Below, one piece after another: positions 7,966 through 16,285 of a DNA stretch of 64,000 nucleotides. The notes under the pieces are model-generated. The model saw nothing but the letters and a program-made list of their open reading frames with translations, was not told the origin of the DNA and did no database searches. The stretch comes from a virus. The stretch is from the IMG/VR virus record IMGVR_UViG_3300045988_145476; one strand, given 5' to 3'. Made by a program: the position numbers and the translations under genes. The stretch's first letter is position 1, and every line of letters starts with the position of its first letter.

Positions 7966-9135
7966 ATGGAAAAACTACATTTTACGTTGGGAGATGATGC
8001 CGGATTGCTTCTTTCCCAAATCGCTTGGGAGCGAATGTTCATGGATTTATCTCCCGCAAAAGCCATATCCATATTTGTAGACTCCCTACAAGGATTACCT
8101 TATTCTCTCGCTCTTGAGCTTCTTCATGGTGATAAAGTGGTCGAGGTTTCCGATAAGACCAGTGGAATTATGTCAATCGTCCCTTATGATAAAGACAAAC
8201 ATGAGGAATACCCCGTATTTGACTATACGGGATGGTATGAGAGAAATCATAAGTGGATTGGTGATTGCGGCAGGGAACTTTACCAACTTCTTGATACTTG
8301 CAGCCGGGACGTGGTTTCCGAATGCGTTGAAGTGCAGGTAAAAAACGTTATCCAGATGCTTCTTCAACATGAAGATGAAAGTGTCCGTGATAGATTGTAT
8401 GAGGAGTTTTCACGTTCTCCCAGAGTAGACCGAATCGTTCAAATCTGCAAGAGCGCTGAACAGTACCTCAGAAGGGTTTCCCAGTTAGGAGTGGTATTTG
8501 ACTTCATAGAAGATGTATTCCCCAATGATGTTTCCAAATTAGACACTGGTAAGCATTTTGTGGTTTCTTACGTGGCTTCTAAACTGTCAAATCTAATCTC
8601 TTTAGATTCCGATGCTCTTGAAAGAATCTGTGAACTTGAGGATGCCCCGATTAAAAACCATGTCAAGGCTGCTATCGAAATTAGCGAAAAATTAAAAGAC
8701 CTCATACAGCCTGTAGACATTCTTGATAATTATTCTGCCGGATGGTTATCTCCCACGGGAGAATATTTCGGTCTGAACGGGGAAATCTCGAATATGCTTC
8801 ATAAGACTATTGCCGATGCTATACGGGAAAGAATGATTGTTCTTGATGGTGTGGACCCTCTTGAAGATGATGATAAAAACATGGATGGTTGGTTATCCTT
8901 GCACGGCTGGGTAAAGATACACGGTTCATGGATACTGTATGACGGATATATGCAGGGAGCACACAATATGAAAGTAGTTCCGCTTACCGATATTCAAATA
9001 GAGAAAATCTCTCTTTATGGGAAAGTCTGTCATGGAGATAAACTTTTCTGCGGTCTTGAGAAGAAGTTCTGTTCCGGAACCCGTTTCGGATTTACGGATA
9101 AACCTATGCTTGCCAAATTATTTGATGCCCTATGA
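7966..9135 (+). CDS. hypothetical protein (389 aa)
   Basis: Long ATG ORF. No family recognised. Confidence 0.6.
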   Translation: MEKLHFTLGDDAGLLLSQIAWERMFMDLSPAKAISIFVDSLQGLPYSLALELLHGDKVVEVSDKTSGIMSIVPYDKDKHEEYPVFDYTGWYERNHKWIGDCGRELYQLLDTCSRDVVSECVEVQVKNVIQMLLQHEDESVRDRLYEEFSRSPRVDRIVQICKSAEQYLRRVSQLGVVFDFIEDVFPNDVSKLDTGKHFVVSYVASKLSNLISLDSDALERICELEDAPIKNHVKAAIEISEKLKDLIQPVDILDNYSAGWLSPTGEYFGLNGEISNMLHKTIADAIRERMIVLDGVDPLEDDDKNMDGWLSLHGWVKIHGSWILYDGYMQGAHNMKVVPLTDIQIEKISLYGKVCHGDKLFCGLEKKFCSGTRFGFTDKPMLAKLFDAL

Positions 9136-9329
9136 GAAATGTAACGAAAATCGCAAAACTTATGAACAGCCGTAGTAGAATGTGCACTATATGCCCACTC
9201 GGAAAGCAAATGAGATGTAACCTTGATATAATGCGGGTATGCTCCGATGCTTTCGTTGAGGGTTTTAAGAAAGGTGTCCAACTTGCGGAGAAAAATCATA
9301 AAGAACATGCTAAAAAAGAGAACGTTTAG
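9132..9329 (+). CDS. small Cys-containing hypothetical protein
   Basis: 65 aa with an ATGA overlap to the upstream gene. Confidence 0.45.
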   Translation: MRNVTKIAKLMNSRSRMCTICPLGKQMRCNLDIMRVCSDAFVEGFKKGVQLAEKNHKEHAKKENV

Positions 9330-9531
9330 AGTTGATTTTCGTGCTTACGAATATACTAAAGGGTATATAGAAATGACCGAAGACTTGGTTTTACCCTATC
9401 GTACAGAAGAACCTTTCACGGAAGAAACTTCTACGGTATTTATTCACGCACGAAAAATTTTGCATGGGATATTGAATACAATCATAGAGATAAAAGGTAT
9501 TTATCCCCTAACCGTTTATGAAGAACTTTAA
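9307..9531 (+). CDS. hypothetical protein
   Basis: I chose the internal ATG at 9307 within ORF 9247-9531. The start is uncertain. Confidence 0.4.
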   Translation: MLKKRTFRVDFRAYEYTKGYIEMTEDLVLPYRTEEPFTEETSTVFIHARKILHGILNTIIEIKGIYPLTVYEEL

Positions 9532-9542
9532 AAGGAGAAAAT

Positions 9543-9944
9543 ATGAAACAGACAGTAGAAGAAGCAGCAAAAGAATATTACGAAAGATACAAAATTCATT
9601 TGGCAAAAGATATATTCAGACCAAGAATAATAGATGTTTTCAAATCCGGTGCCGAATGGCAGGCAAAGCAATCTCCGTGGATAAGCGTTGAGGAACGGTT
9701 GTCAGAAGAGGGGCAAAAAGTTTTTGTTTTGGTGATGTGTTATGGCACACCATGTATTCGAGAAGAAAAGTTTTGTAGAAATAGCAATTTAGATAAAAAG
9801 GGAATGTGGATTCACGGAAACAGTATCGTGCTGGCATGGTTTCCCACCCCCTCTTTCGATGAGATACTCGAAGCCAACAAGGATGTACTTGAACGGATTA
9901 AAGAGAAAGGAGACCGAATACAGACATGCAGCCCAATGAAATAA
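9543..9944 (+). CDS. DUF551-like phage protein
   Basis: 'WISVEERLSEEGQKVFVLV' resembles the DUF551 core (WISVeDrLPe...Vlv). GGAG lies 5 nt upstream of the ATG. Confidence 0.45.
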   Translation: MKQTVEEAAKEYYERYKIHLAKDIFRPRIIDVFKSGAEWQAKQSPWISVEERLSEEGQKVFVLVMCYGTPCIREEKFCRNSNLDKKGMWIHGNSIVLAWFPTPSFDEILEANKDVLERIKEKGDRIQTCSPMK

Positions 9945-10237
9945 TAAATATAATATTGGATAATGGTCATATATCATTGCATAGATACAGTGACAATCCA
10001 AGTGAAATAATATTGTCATCCCTGTTTGTAAGAAAACAAAGACGAAATGGAAACGGAATCAATTTAATGCTTCGTGCAGAACAAATAGCCAAAGGATTAG
10101 GATGTGTCCGTGTATTTCTTGAGGCAAAGAAAGGTAGTTGGCAAGAGAAATGGTATGAACGATTAGGATATAACTACTGTGAATGTTGCCAAGAAAGAAG
10201 CGGACTAATATGGATGAAAAAAAACTTAGACAAATGA
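9926..10237 (+). CDS. GNAT-family N-acetyltransferase (small)
   Basis: 'VRKQRRNGNGINLMLRAEQIAKGLG' fits the acetyl-CoA-binding R/Q-x-x-G-x-G/A motif A. '...WYERLGY' fits motif B. Confidence 0.55.
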   Translation: MQPNEIINIILDNGHISLHRYSDNPSEIILSSLFVRKQRRNGNGINLMLRAEQIAKGLGCVRVFLEAKKGSWQEKWYERLGYNYCECCQERSGLIWMKKNLDK

Positions 10238-10428
10238 AAAGATACAGAATATACAGATACGGACTTTTTGACCACATTTTTGACGTTCAAGTGAAAAAAT
10301 GGTATGGCTGGGTACTTGTTAAGAGGTTTAAGGCAGATATAAGTTCTGATGACACAATGATAGATAATATTTATTATTGTGAAATGTTATCCAAGGAACT
10401 TTTGGAAAAATTGGAGGAGGAATTATGA
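10234..10428 (+). CDS. hypothetical protein
   Basis: The ATG at 10234 forms an ATGA overlap with the GNAT stop. 64 aa. Confidence 0.45.
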   Translation: MKRYRIYRYGLFDHIFDVQVKKWYGWVLVKRFKADISSDDTMIDNIYYCEMLSKELLEKLEEEL

Positions 10429-10847
10429 AATCAAAACAAGTATTATCAGTCGAACAGATGATGCATTTGAAGGAGCTTGGATTGGACACAAGCGATGGAA
10501 GCATGTGTTTCGAGTGGAATGAATCAGATTCAGACAACATGGTTGTAGCCTCTCCGGATGCCGATACGAATTACGACTATTATCATGAAACTTACACTTT
10601 GCAGGACATTCTCGATAAGCTGCCTTGTTTTATTGGCACACATGTACTAACCTTACAGAAGCTTGCAAATAGCGGAACATGTTTATATATGGAGCCTTAT
10701 TCGCGTTCTATATTAAACCTGACAGAGAGTAAGGAACTTATTAATTCAGCCTACGAGATGCTGTGCTGGTGTATTGAAAACAGGTATATTAAAACTAATC
10801 AGTATGAAAGCGAGAATAAAATCAACCGGAGAGATTGTAGAGGTTGA
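10425..10847 (+). CDS. hypothetical protein, paralogue family with 12689 and 23881
   Basis: N-terminal 'LSVEQMMHLKELGLDT', mid 'YTLQDILDKLP' and C-terminal 'INSAYEMLCWCIENRYI' parallel the other two ORFs. GGAGGAGG lies 4 nt upstream of the ATG. Confidence 0.5.
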   Translation: MKSKQVLSVEQMMHLKELGLDTSDGSMCFEWNESDSDNMVVASPDADTNYDYYHETYTLQDILDKLPCFIGTHVLTLQKLANSGTCLYMEPYSRSILNLTESKELINSAYEMLCWCIENRYIKTNQYESENKINRRDCRG

Positions 10848-11094
10848 AGACTTATATGATGATGGGACTGCCTTAGTGAATGGTAGGTATTTCAAAGTGT
10901 CAGAACTCGACTTCTTTGATAATTTTGAAACTATTGATTGGGAGCAAAGGCGTTATGAAATAGCAAAGTCAATGATGGCGGCATTTCTTAGCAATTCATG
11001 CTCAAATGTTTATATGAATACTTATGAAAATCAAGCACAGGAAGCTGTAAAATATGCCGATATGCTTATTGATGAATTGAAGAAAGGAAAATAA
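10804..11094 (+). CDS. hypothetical protein
   Basis: I chose the ATG at 10804 (MKARIKSTGEIVEV...). The start is uncertain. Confidence 0.45.
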   Translation: MKARIKSTGEIVEVEDLYDDGTALVNGRYFKVSELDFFDNFETIDWEQRRYEIAKSMMAAFLSNSCSNVYMNTYENQAQEAVKYADMLIDELKKGK

Positions 11095-11096
11095 TT

Positions 11097-11300
11097 ATGG
11101 AAAACAGAAGAAAGCTGGCAATAGCCAACCTATGTCGTGGATTCCTCCGCATACAAGGATTTCTGACAGATTCAGAAAACAAGAAAATCTATCAACGAAT
11201 ATTGAATTGGCAGGATGAAAATGAGGTTGAAATTACCGAGGAACAACTTCTATCTGCTGATTTTACTTATGATGATAACGCCAAAGAAGAGGAGGAATAA
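11097..11300 (+). CDS. hypothetical protein
   Basis: 67-aa ATG ORF with an acidic C-terminus. Confidence 0.45.
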   Translation: MENRRKLAIANLCRGFLRIQGFLTDSENKKIYQRILNWQDENEVEITEEQLLSADFTYDDNAKEEEE

Positions 11301-11302
11301 CT

Positions 11303-11500
11303 ATGGAAATTAAAAATGGTATAGTAATTAACGGCGAATTTCACGAAGCTATTAAAGTTAATGAACAGGTAATCTCGTGTAATGATTGTTCCCTAAAGCC
11401 AATGTGCTATAAAATTGTGGATAGTCTTTGTGGTATGCTTGACGAAAGTGACAAGTTTGTCAATCGTGGTAAGATAGCAGAATTAAAAGTAGAGGAGTAA
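11303..11500 (+). CDS. small CxxC protein, tandem paralogue A
   Basis: MEIKNGIVINGEFHEAIKV...SCNDCSLKPMC...FVNRGK aligns with the next ORF. GGAGG lies 7 nt upstream. Confidence 0.5.
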   Translation: MEIKNGIVINGEFHEAIKVNEQVISCNDCSLKPMCYKIVDSLCGMLDESDKFVNRGKIAELKVEE

Positions 11501-11505
11501 TAATC

Positions 11506-11724
11506 ATGGAAGTAAAAAACGGAATATTAATTAATGGTGAGCTTCACGAAGGAGTTGAGGAAACTGTTTCTTGTTCTCTTTGCTCTTTGTACAATGTATG
11601 TGCAGAACTTAACTATGCAGTATGTCCTGCCGAAATATTGAGATGCGAGAGTTTTGTCAATCATGGTAAGGTAAAAGTTGAAAAAGAAAGTAACCATGAA
11701 GAAAATATCAATAACGGACTTTGA
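11506..11724 (+). CDS. small CxxC protein, tandem paralogue B
   Basis: MEVKNGILINGELHEGVEE...SCSLCSLYNVC...FVNHGK aligns with the previous ORF. GAGGAG lies 8 nt upstream. Confidence 0.5.
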   Translation: MEVKNGILINGELHEGVEETVSCSLCSLYNVCAELNYAVCPAEILRCESFVNHGKVKVEKESNHEENINNGL

Positions 11725-11896
11725 ATTTAAAGTAACGGGTTACGGACATTATAACGTGACTTACACCAGCCCTGTAACCGGCAAGCAGTGGACAACAGCC
11801 ATTGATGATATGTCAATTATTGACGCTACCAAGAATAACGAAAATCCTAAGAAAAAGGATTTAGAGATGTTGAAATGGATTTGTAAGAACACGTAA
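11696..11896 (+). CDS. hypothetical protein
   Basis: I prefer the ATG at 11696 over the TTG at 11678. 66 aa. Confidence 0.45.
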   Translation: MKKISITDFEFKVTGYGHYNVTYTSPVTGKQWTTAIDDMSIIDATKNNENPKKKDLEMLKWICKNT

Positions 11897-11901
11897 TATA
11901 C

Positions 11902-12093
11902 ATGACTATGATAGCTATGCACCAATGTGAATTTTGTTGTTGGTATGTCGAAAGATATGGAACCTGTGAATGTCCTACTTCTATGAAACGGATTGCATGT
12001 GAAAAAGCTCGTAGAATGAAGAATCGTGTTAATGAGGATAAATGGAAAGAACTTTATGGAAACGAAAAGAAGAACAGCGTACTTCGGGACTAA
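11902..12093 (+). CDS. small Cys-rich hypothetical protein
   Basis: 63 aa, containing 'CEFCCWYVERYGTCECP'. Confidence 0.45.
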   Translation: MTMIAMHQCEFCCWYVERYGTCECPTSMKRIACEKARRMKNRVNEDKWKELYGNEKKNSVLRD

Positions 12094-12421
12094 TGGTTGT
12101 CCCAGACATTATTTTAGTGCTATTTCCGGAGAATTTTCTCCTCAAGAGGAAGAAGAACTTAGTAAGATAGATGAAGACTTTCAGTTATTCGATTTTTTCG
12201 GCTTTAGTTTTTTCTATTACAAAGGGTATGGGTGCCTTTCTTTCTCTGCAAGTCCGGATGATAATCGTCCCGGCAGTAAGACTGTATTTTTTGTTGAGGA
12301 CGTCTGTTTAAAAACAGAGGTGTTAGAGGCTTTGGAAGAATCTCCGTTTGTGAAAAAACAATTCCAGAAGTTAGCCGATATGTATGGTGTAGAAATACCT
12401 AAAATAAAAGATTATGAATGA
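12056..12421 (+). CDS. hypothetical protein
   Basis: I chose the ATG at 12056 within ORF 12026-12421. It overlaps the upstream gene by 38 nt, and the start is uncertain. Confidence 0.4.
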   Translation: METKRRTAYFGTNGCPRHYFSAISGEFSPQEEEELSKIDEDFQLFDFFGFSFFYYKGYGCLSFSASPDDNRPGSKTVFFVEDVCLKTEVLEALEESPFVKKQFQKLADMYGVEIPKIKDYE

Positions 12422-12686
12422 TATAAAACTATCACTCCGGCAAATAGAAAAAATGGAACATGCTATCGGATTTAGCCGTGAGAAAATAAAAAGAAATAGA
12501 TATGAGGCTTATCGTAATAGATTTGTAGTAAGTAACTCCGATAAGGACTGGGAGGAATTGGTATCTATCGGATATGCAGAAAAGCGAGAGTTTGAGATTG
12601 AAAAACAAATCGGGTACTATGTTTCCGAACTTGGGATGAAATATTTAGGGGTGTTATTTGGGTGTATAATAATAGAAAGTAAATAA
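12414..12686 (+). CDS. hypothetical protein
   Basis: 90-aa ATG ORF. Confidence 0.5.
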   Translation: MNDIKLSLRQIEKMEHAIGFSREKIKRNRYEAYRNRFVVSNSDKDWEELVSIGYAEKREFEIEKQIGYYVSELGMKYLGVLFGCIIIESK

Positions 12687-12688
12687 CT

Positions 12689-13090
12689 ATGACCGAAGAA
12701 CTTGTAACATTAGAAACAGCGAAGCTGCTGAAAGATAAGGGCTTCAATAGGAAGTGTGAACACCTAATAGACCGCAATAAGGTTATTACAAAATATGACC
12801 TTCCGCAAAGTATGTCGTGTTGTACGGAAATAGATGGCGAATCAGTTGAATTTTTGTGTCCAACATTGTATATCGCCCAAAAGTGGCTGCGTGAAATAAG
12901 AGGTGTGTATGTATATGTAGAACCTGTTATTGGAAAAAGATGGAAGCTTTCTTTTTGTGATTTCAATGTTCCAACAGAAGAAAGCGACTGGATGGAGAAC
13001 GAAATAAACAAAGGGAATGGCTATAAAGTATATGTCACCTACGAGGAAGCACTGGAAGCCGGAATACAAGAAGTATTAAAACTTATATAA
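12689..13090 (+). CDS. hypothetical protein, paralogue family with 10425 and 23881
   Basis: 'LETAKLLKDKGF' at the N-terminus and 'YEEALEAGIQEVLKLI' at the C-terminus parallel 23881 (YETAKKLNAIGF ... STALKEGVDYLIEKL). Confidence 0.5.
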   Translation: MTEELVTLETAKLLKDKGFNRKCEHLIDRNKVITKYDLPQSMSCCTEIDGESVEFLCPTLYIAQKWLREIRGVYVYVEPVIGKRWKLSFCDFNVPTEESDWMENEINKGNGYKVYVTYEEALEAGIQEVLKLI

Positions 13091-13092
13091 TT

Positions 13093-13344
13093 ATGAAAGC
13101 AAACCTAATATTTTTTCTTGCAATATTCATCATATCAGCATTACTCATCGGTCACTTCCGACTGGCATTCTCACCGTTCAGTGTATCCTTTCCCTATTGG
13201 CATAGGGCTGTAGGAGTTGTTCTTATCGTTGTAGGATGCTTGGTCTACAACATAGGTGAGCATGTATCCGGTTACAAGAAAGGGCTGGATGAAGGTATGG
13301 AGATTGTTTTGAAAGAGTTAAAAGAAAGATACAACCATGAATAG
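13093..13344 (+). CDS. small membrane protein (2 TM)
   Basis: 83 aa. Hydrophobic segments LIFFLAIFIISALLIG and AVGVVLIVVGCLVY. Confidence 0.5.
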   Translation: MKANLIFFLAIFIISALLIGHFRLAFSPFSVSFPYWHRAVGVVLIVVGCLVYNIGEHVSGYKKGLDEGMEIVLKELKERYNHE

Positions 13345-13522
13345 AAAAGAATATCAGGAACACTGCAAGCATAGCCCCTACAGTGGGCAATGCTACAAAA
13401 AGTCATTCATATCGGGTGTAGCAAACAATGTGCATGTGAACATGCGGTGTGACGGGAAATGCCCCCGTATGAGTAATTACGACAAGAGAAATAAATTAAA
13501 TAGCCTTGGACGGGCTTTGTAA
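13337..13522 (+). CDS. small Cys-rich hypothetical protein
   Basis: 61-aa ATG ORF. Confidence 0.4.
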   Translation: MNRKEYQEHCKHSPYSGQCYKKSFISGVANNVHVNMRCDGKCPRMSNYDKRNKLNSLGRAL

Positions 13523-13535
13523 AATCCATATTGAT

Positions 13536-14252
13536 ATGAAAAAGTATATTGGAACAAAAGAAGTTGAAGCAATGCCTATGACACTGGGTGAGCTTATCAA
13601 CAAAAGCGGTCGAAATCCGTATGAGAATGACGAAAAGATGCACGGTAACGATGAAAAAGGTTATCTTGTGAAGTACAAGGATGGTTACGAAAGCTGGTCG
13701 CCTGCCGAACCGTTTGAGGAAGCATATAAATGTGCAGATACATTCCTTGACCGCTTGCATATTGAAATGCGGGATTTATATGAAAAGATGGATAAGCTCT
13801 CTCCATTTATTGAATCTGGCAAAATAGATGAAATTGTGACTGACAAATATCAGAACTATTTGCTTCGGTTGCAACATAGAATCATGAGCAGGTATATCAA
13901 TGTATTGGAATGCCGTATTGGTAGGCTTGATGGAAGTCCCGAAGCACCTTTACATCAAATGTCATTTGGTGATGCTATTGAAGTTCTCAAACAAGGTGGT
14001 GCTATCCGTAGAGCTGGATGGAACGGTAAAGGGTTATTTGTTGTTAAGCAAATTCCGGCTCATATCACCGAAGACATTATTCCTAAAATGCAGTCACTTC
14101 CCCAGTCAGCCAAAGACATCATTATGTCCCGTGAGAATAAAGTAATTGACTACACAAGTCAAATGCTTATTATTAATCCGGACGGCAGGGCAGATTCATG
14201 GGTTCCGTCTGTCAGTGACGTGTTCGCAGAAGACTGGGAGATAGTTATCTAA
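13536..14252 (+). CDS. two-domain protein with a C-terminal DUF2829 (Tad2-like) domain
   Basis: I prefer the ATG at 13536. The C-terminal 'MSFGDAIEVLKQGGAIRRAGWNGKGLFVVKQ' matches the DUF2829 signature (F.eAl.alk.Gkkv.R.gWngkg). The N-terminal 'IGTKEVEAMPMT...GYLVKYKDGYESWSPAEPFEEAY' is a recurrent phage domain. Confidence 0.6.
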   Translation: MKKYIGTKEVEAMPMTLGELINKSGRNPYENDEKMHGNDEKGYLVKYKDGYESWSPAEPFEEAYKCADTFLDRLHIEMRDLYEKMDKLSPFIESGKIDEIVTDKYQNYLLRLQHRIMSRYINVLECRIGRLDGSPEAPLHQMSFGDAIEVLKQGGAIRRAGWNGKGLFVVKQIPAHITEDIIPKMQSLPQSAKDIIMSRENKVIDYTSQMLIINPDGRADSWVPSVSDVFAEDWEIVI

Positions 14253-14291
14253 CCATAGGGAGCCTCGTGCTCCCTTAAACTTTATAGGGCT

Positions 14292-14699
14292 ATGAATATT
14301 ACTATTAAAACAAGACAGATTCTATTCAGAGGAAAAAGTATCGGTGATGGACGTTGGGTTATCGGTGATTTATTTCACAGAAAGGGTGTTCCCTCACCAT
14401 CTATTACACCCACGCAAATCGGTACTTCGGGTGTCGTTAAGGAAACGGTGGGACAATTTACCGGCGAACGGGACATTAATATGACAATGGTCTACGAGCA
14501 TGACTTGCTTAGAGTTCCCGAAACGTTATCCAACGCAGAGCTTCTATGTGCCGTTACATTTAAGTTCGGACGTTACGTGGGAATCTCCGTATCGTCCAAT
14601 ACGACTTGGGATTTGGAATACCTTTTGCACCTTAATGCGGTTGTAGTGGGAAATATCCATGACAATCCGGATAAGGCTCCTAACTTTACAATAGAATAA
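14292..14699 (+). CDS. YopX-family phage protein
   Basis: 'ILFRGKS...GRWVIGDL', 'ETVGQFTGERD' and 'VVVGNIHDNPD' match the YopX pattern (FRg...g.WvyG; TvGQyTGlkD; evIGNIhdNPEL). Confidence 0.7.
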   Translation: MNITIKTRQILFRGKSIGDGRWVIGDLFHRKGVPSPSITPTQIGTSGVVKETVGQFTGERDINMTMVYEHDLLRVPETLSNAELLCAVTFKFGRYVGISVSSNTTWDLEYLLHLNAVVVGNIHDNPDKAPNFTIE

Positions 14700-14700
14700 C

Positions 14701-14994
14701 ATGGGACGGTACTATACAGGAATGGTGGTACGTACCAGTTATAATACCGGCCCGTACCGGATACTTGACATTACGGAGAATTGCAGGTGTCCGTCTTTTA
14801 TGGATTCCATAACACTCATGGATAAAGCTCCCGCTTCCCGTCCGCATGTACATCTTACCTGCCGTAAAGTCGGAGAGAAAACCGGATTTTTCTATTTAAG
14901 CGGATATGATGATACACTGCACTCCGTATGGAACTCAGACTATCTGATTGACTGCGCACAGGAAACATTACTAACTATAATTACATTGTTATGA
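14701..14994 (+). CDS. hypothetical protein
   Basis: 97-aa ATG ORF starting 2 nt after the upstream stop. Confidence 0.5.
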   Translation: MGRYYTGMVVRTSYNTGPYRILDITENCRCPSFMDSITLMDKAPASRPHVHLTCRKVGEKTGFFYLSGYDDTLHSVWNSDYLIDCAQETLLTIITLL

Positions 14995-15197
14995 ATGCAC
15001 AAGAAACCGCATTGTGGATATTACAAAGTGAAGACCATTTTATTTTGTGGGAGAATCGCCCTTGCCGGCCGCACGTCCTGCAAAAGGAAAGTTCCTACCA
15101 GCCTCTTATTCGTGTGAACGGAACTTATTACCATGTGAAATATGATAACGGAGAACCCGTAGTAGATTATTCCTCTCCCGTAGATTGCGATGAATGA
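14991..15197 (+). CDS. hypothetical protein
   Basis: 68 aa with ATGA overlaps on both sides. Confidence 0.45.
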   Translation: MNAQETALWILQSEDHFILWENRPCRPHVLQKESSYQPLIRVNGTYYHVKYDNGEPVVDYSSPVDCDE

Positions 15198-15651
15198 TAC
15201 ACAGTTTACACAAGCACTTACAAAGGCAATGCCTATGCTGACGGGTTATTCCCGTAACCTTATCGCAGAGGTTTCCGATGCGGATGATTTGCTCCAGCAT
15301 ACGTTACTGAAAGCGTGGGATAATCGTGACAAGTTCTATGATACAGGAAGTTTCACCGCATGGCTCTGTACGATAATGCGGAACACGTTCATCAATTTTA
15401 TCCGAAAGGAGAAGTCCACAGTAGTAAGTGAGGACTGGGTGTTTGACGGTTTCGCAAAGGACGATGTGAACGACTACGATATTAGACAGGCGGTACAGTC
15501 GTTACCTTTTCCCGAAAGAGAATTGTGCGTTTGGTGGATGCACGGTTACTCCTATAAGGAACTTGCGGAAGCGTATGATATTCCTATGGGAACGTTAAAG
15601 AGCCGTGTCTTTCACGTAAAGAAGTTGTTGCGGGAAAAATTAAACCGCTGA
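15190..15651 (+). CDS. ECF-type sigma-70 family RNA polymerase sigma factor
   Basis: Region 2: 'LLQHTLLKAWDNRDKFYDTGSFTAWLCTIMRNTFINFIRKE'. Region 4 HTH: 'LPFPERELCVWWMHGYSYKELAEAYDIPMGTLKSRVFHVKKLL'. Confidence 0.85.
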   Translation: MNDTQFTQALTKAMPMLTGYSRNLIAEVSDADDLLQHTLLKAWDNRDKFYDTGSFTAWLCTIMRNTFINFIRKEKSTVVSEDWVFDGFAKDDVNDYDIRQAVQSLPFPERELCVWWMHGYSYKELAEAYDIPMGTLKSRVFHVKKLLREKLNR

Positions 15652-15714
15652 CTTATGACGAATGAAAAATCTACTTTGGGATAGGGAATTATTGGATGAT
15701 ACAATTTAATTTTT

Positions 15715-15722
15715 TATATTTG
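15715..15722 (+). promoter_or_regulatory. -7 box TAtaTTTG upstream of the fibre cassette
   Basis: Exact TAnnTTTG ending 4 nt before the ATG at 15727. This implies a leaderless or very short leader transcript, or a different true start. No clean -33 TTTG. Confidence 0.35.
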
Positions 15723-15726
15723 CCAC

Positions 15727-16023
15727 ATGGATATACGCATTAGAGAACCTCTGTATATCACTCAAAACGGAGCCGAGTATGTAGTCCGGCCCGGAACAGT
15801 GGGTGTTGAGAAGAATAAAGTGGTGTTCTTCTACGATGTTACACGAACAGCTTCCGTAGGATTTGCCCGTGATTTTTGTTTGGAGAACCCTCAAATGTTC
15901 CAAGTAGCACGTACACTTGAAGACAAGGAAATTCCGCTAAAGGCGGTCGCTAAGGTACTAAGTGAATTTAATATAGGGGATGCCCCCCGACAAATGATAA
16001 TAGAAACTTTAAAATCTTACTGA
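15727..16023 (+). CDS. hypothetical protein
   Basis: 98-aa ATG ORF, first gene after the 75-nt gap that follows the sigma factor gene. Confidence 0.5.
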   Translation: MDIRIREPLYITQNGAEYVVRPGTVGVEKNKVVFFYDVTRTASVGFARDFCLENPQMFQVARTLEDKEIPLKAVAKVLSEFNIGDAPRQMIIETLKSY

Positions 16024-16024
16024 T

Positions 16025-16282
16025 ATGTATGCAGCACGTGACGGAGCAGGAAACATCATGCCTGCGGTAGTGGTAACTACTTCTAAAGATATTACAGGAG
16101 AGTATAATCTTCCTCACGGATTTTACCGTGTTTGTGCCAAAGAAGACTCTGTTTTGAGTATTGAGGGTATCGAGGGAGATGGAATTTATTTTCCTGCGGG
16201 TGTTGTAGATTACTTGCAGTTTCCGGACTGTAAGATTACCGTAACCGGCTCCTTGAACTTCATGGGGTCAAACTTGGAATAA
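16025..16282 (+). CDS. hypothetical protein
   Basis: 85-aa ATG ORF. Confidence 0.5.
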   Translation: MYAARDGAGNIMPAVVVTTSKDITGEYNLPHGFYRVCAKEDSVLSIEGIEGDGIYFPAGVVDYLQFPDCKITVTGSLNFMGSNLE

Positions 16283-16285
16283 GCC

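Noticed and set aside
14258-14274. Hairpins with the same GGGAGC/GCTCCC stem just after two stop codons, at 14258-14274 and 33264-33281.
   Set aside because: The stems are only 6 bp and lack a following T-run, so I did not call them terminators. They could be RNA processing sites, but the evidence is thin.
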